From contig JAZSBQ010000033.1 in assembly GCA_045602485.1 (NCBI GenBank), positions 1 through 37,195 of the forward strand: a stretch of 37,195 nt of DNA. Reading direction: 5' to 3'. This DNA is from Clostridia bacterium. GTDB taxonomy: Bacteria > Bacillota > Clostridia > Monoglobales > Monoglobaceae. This document shows, piece by piece, positions 9,376 to 18,193 of the stretch. Under the pieces are notes generated by a model. That model was not told where the DNA came from, did no database searches, and worked only from the letters and a program-made list of their open reading frames with translations. Position 1 is the first letter of the stretch. Every line of letters begins with the position of its first letter. A program made the position numbers and the translations under genes.

Positions 9376-9867
9376 CTAATCTTCAAAATCCTCGTCTGAA
9401 ACTTCGTCGGGGTTTATCCATTCGGTTACTTTTTCGATAAACATATGTCCGTCAAGATGCTCTATTTCGTGGCAGAGAGCCCTGGCAAGCAGACCTTCGC
9501 CGGTAATCTCACGGATGTTGCCGTCTCTGTCTGCGGCCCTTACGGTAACCTTGTTCGGTCTCGTAACGATTCCCCAATGCTCGGGATAACTGAGGCAACC
9601 TTCTGTGCCTGTCTGAGAGCCTTCCTCGGCAATGATTTCGGGGTTGATAAGTTCAATCAGCCCATCGCCGATGTCAATAACCGCCATGCGGCGAAGCATC
9701 CCTACCTGGGGTGCCGCAAGACCCACTCCGCCTGACTCGTAAAGTGTGTCAATAAGGTCATCAAGAAGAGCAATCATTCTGTCGTTCATCTCCTCGACGG
9801 GTCTGCATCTTTTAGCAAGTGCATCTTCTCCGTCAAGACCAAGTTTAAGTATATTTCTTATAGCCAT
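9376..9867 (-). CDS. def: Peptide deformylase
   Basis: All three PDF motifs are present: GVGLAAPQ, EGCLS and HEIEHLDG. Confidence 0.95.
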   Translation of the reverse strand: MAIRNILKLGLDGEDALAKRCRPVEEMNDRMIALLDDLIDTLYESGGVGLAAPQVGMLRRMAVIDIGDGLIELINPEIIAEEGSQTGTEGCLSYPEHWGIVTRPNKVTVRAADRDGNIREITGEGLLARALCHEIEHLDGHMFIEKVTEWINPDEVSDEDFED

Positions 9868-9898
9868 AATAATTACCTCGCTGAATTAGTTTATAATA

Positions 9899-12349
9899 TC
9901 ATAACATATTTGTCGGGTTTATGTCAATTATCAGACATGTATCCTGTCTGTAATTTTCGTGTTGTCTGTGAATGTCTGACAGTAGTGAATGTATACTTTC
10001 GCTGTTTGTGACTTTTATCAGAATACGATATCTGTATTTGTTTTTGATTTTGTATATAGGTGCAGGAGAGGGCCCGATAATTTTTATAATATCGCGGTTA
10101 CATTTCTGCTCTTTTTCAAGCATTTCTCCAATTTTGATTGTCTGCACCTCGGCAACGCTGTCATCCTCACCCGAGACAAGAATGTATACGATGTCAGAAA
10201 AAGGAGGATACTCCATCTTGCTGCGATAGAAAATCTCGTTGTCATAAAAGTCAATATAATTCTGCTCTTTTGCAAAGTTGATGGTTTTGTTCTGTGGCTG
10301 ATATGTCTGTATCACCGCTCTGCCTGCCATATCTCCTCTGCCTGCTCTGCCGCATACCTGGGTGATAAGAGAAAAACACTTCTCGCCTGCACGGAAATCA
10401 TCTACATTAAGAGCGGTATCAGCAGCAAGTACGCCAACCAGCGTAACATCAGGAAAGTCAAGCCCCTTTGTTACCATCTGAGTGCCGAGCAATATATCAG
10501 CCTCGCCATTTTTGAATTTGTTGAGAATATTTTCGTGTCCGCCCTTGCCCGATGTTGTATCGTAATCCATCCTTAGTATGCGTGCATCGGGGAAGAGGGT
10601 TTTTAACTCATCCTCAATTCTCTGTGTACCTGTCCCAAAAAACCTGACATACCTAGAGCCGCAAGCGGGGCAGGTAGTTATATTATTAATAGTGTGGTCA
10701 CAATAATGGCACACAAGTTTATCTGTCTTTTTGTGGTAGGTCATAGCGATGTCGCAGTTTTCACACTTGATAACCTCTCCGCATTCCCTGCAGGAAACAA
10801 AGGTGTTATAGCCTCGTCTGTTGAGAAACAAAACCGTTTTTTCGCCTCTGTCTATGTTAAGACGTATTTCCTCGCGAAGACGTAGGCTGATTGGAGAGTT
10901 GTTGTGTAGGTCAAAAAGTTCACTCCTCATATCCACAATTCTTGCCTTTGGCATATCGTTGTCATTGTAGCGCTTGTTCATCTCAAAAAGCGTATATTCA
11001 CCGTTTTGCGCTTTATAATACGTGGAAACATCAGGGGTGGCAGAAGCAAGAAGAACAGGCGCACCTGATTTAGCGGCTCTTTTTTCTGCAATATCTGCGG
11101 CGTGGTATCTTGGAGAGATGTCTGATTTATAACTGCTCTCGTGTTGCTCGTCAAGAATAATAATGCCTATGTTGTCAAATGGGACAAAAATTGCACTTCT
11201 TGCGCCGACCACAACACTCACCTCGCCACTCTGGATTTTATTCCATTGGTCAAATCTCTCGCCCAGAGACAAGCCGCTGTGCATAACCGCTACGGAGTTA
11301 CCGAATCTGCCCACAAACCTCTCTACCATCTGCGGAGTGAGAGATATTTCGGGCACAAGCATTATTGCCTGACGGCCGCAACTGATACAATGTTTGATTG
11401 CCTGCAGAAAGACCTCAGTTTTTCCGCTACCCGTAACGCCGCGCAGAAGAATTTTTTCGTGAGTTTTTTTGTCAATCAGGGTTTTAAGATAGTCTATTAT
11501 CGGCTTTTGTTCCTCTGTGGGGACATAATCATCCGTCGGCTTGTATTTTTCCTCATCATATGCCTCTCGGATAATCTGCTTTTTATAAATTGACACAAAA
11601 CCCTTGTCACAAAGGGAGTTGAGGGATGCGTAACTTCCATCTGTAGAGGAAACAAGGTCGGCACATGACATATCTCCACAGTCACACAGGGACAGAATCA
11701 TATTTGCCTGAACATGTGCACGGGTGGCAAATAACTCGTCTGCAAGGGCGTATCCGTCCTCTGTGCTGCACTCTAGTTTTGCCATACGGATATAAAGGTT
11801 GCCAACAGCATCCTTTATGTCCTCATATATATAAAGATAGCCATTTTCACCAAGCGTTCGGGCAGAAGCCTTAAGGTTTTTGCCGCCAATACACTCTAAA
11901 AGTTCTGTATATTCAGCCGCCCCGTCACGGGCACGAAGTTCTGCCAATATTTTTTGCTGAGCAGGGGTAAGCCCATCCTCTGCGGGCATATCGTCTCTTA
12001 CTACATACCATTGTTTGATTTTTACCGATGCTCTTGGTGGCCTGATTTGCTTGTATGCCTGAGAAAAAGAACAGAGGTATTTTTTCTGCATCCACATACA
12101 AAGTTCAAGTTGTTCTTCGGTGCACGCGGGTGAATCACCCACAATCTCTTTTATTGCTTTAAGTCTTTTGCACTCACTTGTATCGCTGATGCGCACAATC
12201 AGTCCCTCAGAGGAGGAGTTGCCGGAGCCAAAGGGAACAATTACACGCATTCCGATCTCAGCGCTTTTTTCACGCGCCTCGGGAACCAGATAGTCAAACT
12301 CACGGCTGAGTGCATAGCCTGCGTTTGTAAGCATTATCCCTGCTACCAT
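9899..12349 (-). CDS. priA: Primosomal replication-restart helicase PriA
   Basis: Walker [15 protein letters not shown] box (ILDEQHESSYK) and a Cys-rich zinc module (CRECGEVIKCENCD...CHYCDH...CPACGS). RBS GGAGGGG precedes the start. Confidence 0.95.
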   Translation of the reverse strand: MVAGIMLTNAGYALSREFDYLVPEAREKSAEIGMRVIVPFGSGNSSSEGLIVRISDTSECKRLKAIKEIVGDSPACTEEQLELCMWMQKKYLCSFSQAYKQIRPPRASVKIKQWYVVRDDMPAEDGLTPAQQKILAELRARDGAAEYTELLECIGGKNLKASARTLGENGYLYIYEDIKDAVGNLYIRMAKLECSTEDGYALADELFATRAHVQANMILSLCDCGDMSCADLVSSTDGSYASLNSLCDKGFVSIYKKQIIREAYDEEKYKPTDDYVPTEEQKPIIDYLKTLIDKKTHEKILLRGVTGSGKTEVFLQAIKHCISCGRQAIMLVPEISLTPQMVERFVGRFGNSVAVMHSGLSLGERFDQWNKIQSGEVSVVVGARSAIFVPFDNIGIIILDEQHESSYKSDISPRYHAADIAEKRAAKSGAPVLLASATPDVSTYYKAQNGEYTLFEMNKRYNDNDMPKARIVDMRSELFDLHNNSPISLRLREEIRLNIDRGEKTVLFLNRRGYNTFVSCRECGEVIKCENCDIAMTYHKKTDKLVCHYCDHTINNITTCPACGSRYVRFFGTGTQRIEDELKTLFPDARILRMDYDTTSGKGGHENILNKFKNGEADILLGTQMVTKGLDFPDVTLVGVLAADTALNVDDFRAGEKCFSLITQVCGRAGRGDMAGRAVIQTYQPQNKTINFAKEQNYIDFYDNEIFYRSKMEYPPFSDIVYILVSGEDDSVAEVQTIKIGEMLEKEQKCNRDIIKIIGPSPAPIYKIKNKYRYRILIKVTNSESIHSLLSDIHRQHENYRQDTCLIIDINPTNML

Positions 12350-12384
12350 ATTTACCCCTCCTTATAACCTGAATTTTGTAAAAT

Positions 12385-12412
12385 AAAAGTTCTCTCCTTG
12401 GAGAAAACTTTT
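12385..12412 (-). terminator. Hairpin/terminator between rpoZ and priA
   Basis: The minus strand reads aaaagttttctcc-aa-ggagagaactttt followed by a T-rich tract, with one mismatch in the stem. Confidence 0.4.
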
Positions 12413-12422
12413 GTTTTATATT

Positions 12423-12671
12423 TTACTCTTCGAAATTATCTGCATCGTCTGTTTCTATTCTTGTTGGATGAAACATATTTGAAGAAACGGCGCTAACCTT
12501 TCCTTCGTATATTTCGTTTATAGCAACAGAAACTTCTTTGTTGGAGTCTGCCTTGCTGAGCGGTGTAGCGCCCTGAGACAACTGTCTCGCGCGGCGGGCA
12601 GCCTCAATAACCAAAGTGTAACGGCTTCCTGTCTTCTTTACGAGTTCTGCAATTGGTGGATAAATCATCAT
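12423..12671 (-). CDS. rpoZ: DNA-directed RNA polymerase subunit omega
   Basis: SRYTLVIEAARRARQL is the omega signature. The start overlaps the gmk stop (ATGA), which is the canonical gmk-rpoZ order. Confidence 0.9.
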   Translation of the reverse strand: MMIYPPIAELVKKTGSRYTLVIEAARRARQLSQGATPLSKADSNKEVSVAINEIYEGKVSAVSSNMFHPTRIETDDADNFEE

Positions 12672-13231
12672 AATCTTTCGTCCCCTTTTATAATATTCTT
12701 AACCGTGCCAACGGCTTTGTCGAGCACGTCATTGATAACAACGTAGTCATATCTGTGCTGCGCCTCCAGTTCTACCTTTGCAGCGGCAATGCGTCTTTCT
12801 ATCTGCTTTTTTGATTCGCTGCCGCGTCCCTCAAGGCGGGCATGCAAGGTTTCAAAGTCAGGCGGAGCAATAAAAATAAAGAGGCCTCCATCGTATGTGT
12901 CCATAATTTTTATTGCGCCCTGAACGTCAATCTCAAGAATTACATCTGTGCCGCACGCGAGTTTTTCCTCGACAGGGGCAATGGGTGTACCGTAGTAATT
13001 GCCGTTGTAGGTTGCCCATTCTAAGAAACTACCGCTTTCAATCATAGAGGCAAACTCTTCTTTTGTTTTAAAAAAGTAAGTAACGCCCTCTGTATCCTCG
13101 GCTCTTGGTTCACGGGTTGTGGCAGAGACTGAGAGACAAATGTTGTCACACTCACTAAGCAGACGCTTAACAATAGTGCCCTTGCCAACCCCTGACGGGC
13201 CTGATATAACAATAAGCTGTCCTTTATTCAT
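12668..13231 (-). CDS. gmk: Guanylate kinase
   Basis: P-loop [12 protein letters not shown] place the start at MNKGQLIV (ATG 13231), preceded by GAAGGAG 7 nt upstream. The track's longer start at 13285 would overlap remA by 62 nt. Confidence 0.9.
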   Translation of the reverse strand: MNKGQLIVISGPSGVGKGTIVKRLLSECDNICLSVSATTREPRAEDTEGVTYFFKTKEEFASMIESGSFLEWATYNGNYYGTPIAPVEEKLACGTDVILEIDVQGAIKIMDTYDGGLFIFIAPPDFETLHARLEGRGSESKKQIERRIAAAKVELEAQHRYDYVVINDVLDKAVGTVKNIIKGDERL

Positions 13232-13496
13232 CGGCTTCTCCTTCGTATGTTTTATCGTCTTCTTTAGGCTCTGCTCTGCCGGCAATGGTCTCTGTCTGAA
13301 TTGCAGACAGAATAACGTGGTCGCTGTCTGTGATTATAACGGCTCTTGTTCTTCTGCCGCAGGTTGCATCTATGAGCAGACCTTTATCTTTTGATTCCTG
13401 TACAATTCTCTTAATAGGAGCAGAATCAGGGCTGACAATAGCGATAACCCTGTTTCCCGAAACAATGTTTCCAAATCCAACGTTAATAAGTTTCAT
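13224..13496 (-). CDS. remA: RemA/DUF370 family regulator
   Basis: [30 protein letters not shown]...[16 protein letters not shown] matches the highly conserved YlzA/RemA sequence. It sits between yicC and gmk as in Bacillus. Confidence 0.9.
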   Translation of the reverse strand: MKLINVGFGNIVSGNRVIAIVSPDSAPIKRIVQESKDKGLLIDATCGRRTRAVIITDSDHVILSAIQTETIAGRAEPKEDDKTYEGEADE

Positions 13497-13523
13497 AAAG
13501 TTTCCTCCAATTTCATTGGTTTA

Positions 13524-14399
13524 TTACTCTATATTCTGAATTTGTTCACGTATTTTTTCAATAACTGATTTAAGTTCTACTACATAAGATGTAATCTCTG
13601 CGTTGTTGCATTTAGAACCTGTGGTGTTTGCTTCTCTGTTCATTTCCTGAACGATAAAGTCAAGTTTTTTGCCTACGGGCTCGTTTGAGAGCATTGTCTT
13701 TTTAAATGCACAAACGTGACTTCTCAGTCTTACGAGTTCTTCGTCTACCGCAACTTTATCTGCAAAGATTGCAGCCTCGGTAATGATGCGGCTCTCGTCT
13801 GTCAGTTTGTCGGCGAGGACATCCTCAATTTTTTTCTTAAGTCTCTCGCGGTATTCATCAACGCATTTGGGGGAGAGTTTTTCTATAATGTCTGCAATGC
13901 CAAGCAGGGTTTCAAGATGTTCTTCAAGGCTTTTGCCAAGTCTCTCACCTTCGTCAAGGCGCATTGCCATAAAGCCGCTTATTGCATCATCAAACACCTT
14001 TAGCACCATAGATGTAAGTTTTTCTTCGTCGAGTTCTTTATATTCTATGTTAAAGATGTCGGGCAGTTTGCTCATACCTGTAACTGTCAAATCGCCCGAA
14101 ACCCCAAGGTCTTTGAGTTCGTTGAGTGCTTTTATATAGCCCTCTGCAACGGGACGGTTAAGTGTAATCTCGCGGTCGTCATCTTCTTTTTGCTCAATGC
14201 TTACAATGATTTCAACCTTACCGCGGGAGATTGACGCCATAGCAGCATTGCGAATTTTATCCTCAAGAAAATTATAGTATCTCGGTAACTTTATAGTAAA
14301 GTCGCTGTATCTGTGGTTCACAGATTTTAACTGTACTTTTATGAGAAACCCGTCTATTAACTGTTCGCTTCGACCGAAGCCGGTCATACTCTTTAACAT
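13524..14399 (-). CDS. YicC/YloC family stress-induced protein (endoribonuclease family)
   Basis: N-terminal MLKSMTGFGR, C-terminal EMNREANTTGSK...KSVIEKIREQIQNIE, 291 aa, in the conserved position. Confidence 0.9.
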   Translation of the reverse strand: MLKSMTGFGRSEQLIDGFLIKVQLKSVNHRYSDFTIKLPRYYNFLEDKIRNAAMASISRGKVEIIVSIEQKEDDDREITLNRPVAEGYIKALNELKDLGVSGDLTVTGMSKLPDIFNIEYKELDEEKLTSMVLKVFDDAISGFMAMRLDEGERLGKSLEEHLETLLGIADIIEKLSPKCVDEYRERLKKKIEDVLADKLTDESRIITEAAIFADKVAVDEELVRLRSHVCAFKKTMLSNEPVGKKLDFIVQEMNREANTTGSKCNNAEITSYVVELKSVIEKIREQIQNIE

Positions 14400-14508
14400 T
14401 TCTTTTCTCCTCTTTGGAACATTGTGTGATTATTCAATAATAGTCATAATCATTCAATATGATATTATAGCACAATTTTTATGTTTTTGCAAGGCTTTTT
14501 TAATACTG

Positions 14509-15207
14509 TCAGACCGTATCTTTGTCCCGTATTCCCTTGCCGAGTTTGGATATGGCTTTCTTTTCTATTCTTGAGACATAAGAACGGGAAATGTTCAGCA
14601 TTTTTGCAATCTCACGCTGGGTATAGCAATGACCGTCTCTCAGACCGTAGCGCAGAATTATTATTCTTTGTTCCCTTGGCTCAAGTTCTGATTTAATATT
14701 TTTATATAATTGTTTTATCTGAATCCCCGTGTTTATTTCGTCAAAAATGTCTGCGTCATCGCTCTTCATTACATCTATCAGCATTATCTGATTGCCCTCT
14801 TTGTCTGTGCCTATGCTCTCGTTGAGAGAAATATCCCCCTGTGTTTTTTTACCCGAGCGCATAAGCATAAGGATTTCGTTTTCTACACATCTGGCGACAT
14901 AGGTGGCAAGGCGGGCGCCCTTTTGTGGGTTAAAACTTGAAATCCCCTTTATCAGACCAATAGTGCCTATGGATATAATGTCTTCGTTGTCGTGGATGCC
15001 GTCTGAGTATTTTTTTGCGATATGGGCAACAAGGCGCAGATTGTGTTCTATCAGAACTTCTCTTGCGTTGTTGTCGCCCTCTTTGTATAACTTAACATAA
15101 TGTCTTTCTTCTTCGGGAGACAGCGGTTTTGGAAAGGAGTTTCCGTTTGAAAGATAGCCAAGCAGAATAGTAACGGATTGTAAAAGTTGAAACAAAAAAC
15201 CAAGCAT
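14509..15207 (-). CDS. sigK: Sporulation sigma factor pro-sigma-K (uninterrupted)
   Basis: A hydrophobic pro-peptide is followed by FPKPLSPEEE..YVKLYKEGDNNAREVLIEHNLRLVAHIAKKY, which parallels B. subtilis SigK (FPQPLSSSEE...LIEHNLRLVAHIVKKF). Region 4 reads ISRSYVSRIEKKAISKL. Confidence 0.85.
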   Translation of the reverse strand: MLGFLFQLLQSVTILLGYLSNGNSFPKPLSPEEERHYVKLYKEGDNNAREVLIEHNLRLVAHIAKKYSDGIHDNEDIISIGTIGLIKGISSFNPQKGARLATYVARCVENEILMLMRSGKKTQGDISLNESIGTDKEGNQIMLIDVMKSDDADIFDEINTGIQIKQLYKNIKSELEPREQRIIILRYGLRDGHCYTQREIAKMLNISRSYVSRIEKKAISKLGKGIRDKDTV

Positions 15208-15315
15208 TTAAATCACCTCCATAAATTTTATGAGGGTTTTGCGAAAAATCTGCAAGTCCTATAAAATAATAAAGAAGAAGATTATTACTTTGCTGTTACA
15301 AAATCCCTCAAACTG

Positions 15316-15344
15316 TTGACATATAAGGCTAAATGCCGTATCAT
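15316..15344 (+). promoter_or_regulatory. Sigma-A type promoter for the SLH surface-protein gene
   Basis: TTGACA (15316-15321), a 17-nt spacer, then TATCAT (15339-15344). This lies inside the track's over-extended ORF start. Confidence 0.5.
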
Positions 15345-15426
15345 AAACCATAGAATGGTGTCTTTTAAGATATCTTTATACAAATTGATAAATTTAAAAA
15401 TTATAAATCTATTGGAGGTAAAAACA

Positions 15427-18153
15427 ATGAAAAAGACTTTATCAATTATACTTACTTTGGCAATGATACTGAGCATGTTCTCTGTCAGTGTTTTTGCAAC
15501 TGAAGAAGTTGTTGAAGAAACACCTGTAAATGTTGCAAAAATTGACGATCAGACATTTACATCTCTGCAGGAAGCGGTTGATGCGGCAGAGGTGGAAGAC
15601 ACAATTAAACTTGTCTCAAATGTAGAACTTGACGAAACGCTTGTAGTTAGAGACGAAGACGAAATTACTCTTGATTTGGCAGGCTATACTGTTTCTATGA
15701 CAGACTCATCAGGCAGAGGCTCATGCCTACTGAAAAACAGCGGTATTCTTACCATTATGGATTCAAGCAGAAATAAAGCAGGTAAACTTACTTATCTTTC
15801 TACCACACCTGACAGCGTAAATTTCAGTTATTCCACAAGTACTGTTATAAACATCGGCAGCATAACAGTTGAGAGCGGAACTATTGAAAACACCACATCA
15901 GCCGGAGCAAGTTACGCTATTGATAATGGGTGGTATAGCAAGGATGTATCGCTGACTTTTAACGGCGGTAAGGCGCTGGCTGTTAAAACTGCGGTTCGTC
16001 AGGTGTTGTTTACAGAGAATTACAAAAATAAGGTTACTGTAAATAAAGGCGCTACAATTGAGGGTGATTCCGCAGGCCTTCAGTTGCACAGTTACTCCAC
16101 CGGAAATCAATATGCCGAAATTGATATAAAAGGCGGAACATTTATTGGCGACTACGCTTTTTATACCTACTATAATGCTGCTGATTATTCAAAAAACACA
16201 ACTATAAAGATTTCAGACGGAACTTTTGACGGAGCGTTATATCTGTATAACGGCAATGTAGGAAGCAGCGCATACCCTATGGATGTAACAATTACAGGAG
16301 GAACTTACTTAGGCGGTGCTTATGTATATACCTATGACAGCGAACAGAATTTTGCTCCGATTAAGTGCATCTCAGGCGGTGACTTCGTATATGACCCGAT
16401 TGATTACATAGCAAAAGGCTATGCAAGATGCACATCAGAGACAGAGGACTGTGTATACAGCGTAAAGGCACTTGAGAACGAAGATGTTCAGATTGCTCCT
16501 GTTGCTCCGAAGGTAGATGTTCCTGAGGAACTGGACGAAGAAACAAAGACAGAGATCGAGACAAATGCATATAAAGCAACAATAGATGGTATTGATGAAG
16601 TTGTAAATAAGGCAGCAAATGAGGTAACAACAACGGAAACTGCAGGAAAAGAAGCCCTTAGAGAGGCCGATATTGAGGTAGCCGAAGATGCAGCTGTAAA
16701 CATTTTTGTTCAGCCATTATTGGATGTTCAAATTACAGACGTAGATACAGAAAACGGAACTATTGCGCTTGATATCAAAGCAATGGTACAGACCTATGCA
16801 ACAACCGCAGAAACAGTATACGATATGGTTATAGGTAATGCAGTTGCAGTAGGAGAGCCGGAAGAACTGGATACAGAGAATATAGAAGTTACAATCACTA
16901 TTCCTGTTCCTGAAAGTATTATTGGAGAAGCAGAAGAACTTATGGTAAAGCACATTACTGGTGGCGAAGTATACTACTATCCTACAAGAGAAAACAGAGA
17001 GGACAACACCATAACATTTACAAACCCACATGGTTTTTCTGACTTCATAGTATCTGCGGCAGATGACAGAGAAATCGAAGTTAAGTACACAAGTAATGGC
17101 AGACCTGTCAAGGGTACTAATAGTGCAAATATTCCCAATAGTACTCCATATGAGATATATGACATTGGCGTTAAAGAGATTGAACTTCCAACAGCAAGAA
17201 AGTCAGGCTATAACTTCAAAGGTTGGAAACTTGGCGGAGAAAACACCCCCCACAAGAGTGATACAGTAGTCCTGACACAGGACTTGTGGGATGAGGCAGT
17301 AGAGAACGATGGAATTTTAACAGCAGAAGCAGTTTTTGTAAAGGCTAAGGACAATGCAGGCGGTCTTGGTGGTGCAGGCGGAGAAGTTGTAACAAGTTAT
17401 ACAGTATCATTTAATACAAACGGTGGCTCACAGATTGAAAGCATTAAGGTGTTTAAAGGTAATAAGGTATCATATCCCGTGACACCTGTAAAGGATGGCG
17501 CAACATTTGAGGGCTGGTATACAGATAAAGACTGCACAAACAGATATGACTTTAACCAAACTGTATACTCATCATTTACTCTCTATGCAAAATGGATTAG
17601 CGAGAGCGAGACAATTTTTGCAGATGTAACAGAGGGTGACTGGTTCTTCGATGTTGTAAACGAAGCATACAAAAAGGGCCTGATGAATGGTATGGACGAA
17701 GAAAACTTCGGGCCTCAACTTGAAATCAACAGAGCAATGTTTGTAACGGTTCTTCACAGAATAGACGGAAACACAGAAGCAAAGGCTCCTATAACATTTA
17801 CGGATGTTCCCGTTGGAGCATATTATGAAAAAGCCGTTGCTTGGGCGGTTTCAAGTGGAATTGTTGAAGGCTACGGTGATGGTATCTTTGGTTCAACCGA
17901 CCCCATCACTCGTGAGCAGATGGCAGTAATGCTTTACAGATTTGCACAGTACAAGGGTGTAAATAATAGCGGTACAGGAGAGGCCTTCAGCGATGCAGAC
18001 AGTATTGCTGACTGGGCAAAGACTGCGGTAGACTGGGCAACAGGTGCAGGAATCCTCAATGGTATGGGTGATGGAACCTATGCACCAAAGTCAACAGCAA
18101 CACGTGCACAGGGCGCAGCAGTATTTGTAAGAATTGAAGATTTAGTAAAATAA
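15427..18153 (+). CDS. Large secreted cell-surface protein with a Listeria-Bacteroides (Flg_new) repeat and three C-terminal SLH domains
   Basis: GGAGGT lies 7 nt before ATG 15427. The signal peptide is MKKTLSIILTLAMILSMFSVSVFA. The repeat reads YTVSFNTNGG...FEGWYTDKDCTNRYDF...TLYAKW. The three SLH modules are FADVTEGDWF.., FTDVPVGAYY.. and FSDADSIADWA... Confidence 0.85.
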   Translation: MKKTLSIILTLAMILSMFSVSVFATEEVVEETPVNVAKIDDQTFTSLQEAVDAAEVEDTIKLVSNVELDETLVVRDEDEITLDLAGYTVSMTDSSGRGSCLLKNSGILTIMDSSRNKAGKLTYLSTTPDSVNFSYSTSTVINIGSITVESGTIENTTSAGASYAIDNGWYSKDVSLTFNGGKALAVKTAVRQVLFTENYKNKVTVNKGATIEGDSAGLQLHSYSTGNQYAEIDIKGGTFIGDYAFYTYYNAADYSKNTTIKISDGTFDGALYLYNGNVGSSAYPMDVTITGGTYLGGAYVYTYDSEQNFAPIKCISGGDFVYDPIDYIAKGYARCTSETEDCVYSVKALENEDVQIAPVAPKVDVPEELDEETKTEIETNAYKATIDGIDEVVNKAANEVTTTETAGKEALREADIEVAEDAAVNIFVQPLLDVQITDVDTENGTIALDIKAMVQTYATTAETVYDMVIGNAVAVGEPEELDTENIEVTITIPVPESIIGEAEELMVKHITGGEVYYYPTRENREDNTITFTNPHGFSDFIVSAADDREIEVKYTSNGRPVKGTNSANIPNSTPYEIYDIGVKEIELPTARKSGYNFKGWKLGGENTPHKSDTVVLTQDLWDEAVENDGILTAEAVFVKAKDNAGGLGGAGGEVVTSYTVSFNTNGGSQIESIKVFKGNKVSYPVTPVKDGATFEGWYTDKDCTNRYDFNQTVYSSFTLYAKWISESETIFADVTEGDWFFDVVNEAYKKGLMNGMDEENFGPQLEINRAMFVTVLHRIDGNTEAKAPITFTDVPVGAYYEKAVAWAVSSGIVEGYGDGIFGSTDPITREQMAVMLYRFAQYKGVNNSGTGEAFSDADSIADWAKTAVDWATGAGILNGMGDGTYAPKSTATRAQGAAVFVRIEDLVK

Positions 18154-18161
18154 GATAAAAT

Positions 18162-18193
18162 AAAGAAATCCACCCTTGGGGGTGGATTTCTTT
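18162..18193. terminator. Bidirectional terminator between the SLH gene and convergent uvrA
   Basis: AAAGAAATCCACCC-ttgg-GGGTGGATTTCTTT: a 14-bp stem flanked by A/T runs on both strands. Confidence 0.75.

Noticed and set aside
14509-15207. Possible skin-type intervening element in sigK.
   Set aside because: The ORF is continuous from the pro-peptide through region 4.2, so there is no interruption.
15316-15426. The upstream start at 15316 for the SLH protein (945 aa).
   Set aside because: 15316-15321 is the -35 hexamer of the gene's own promoter. The signal peptide and a GGAGGT RBS define ATG 15427 as the start.
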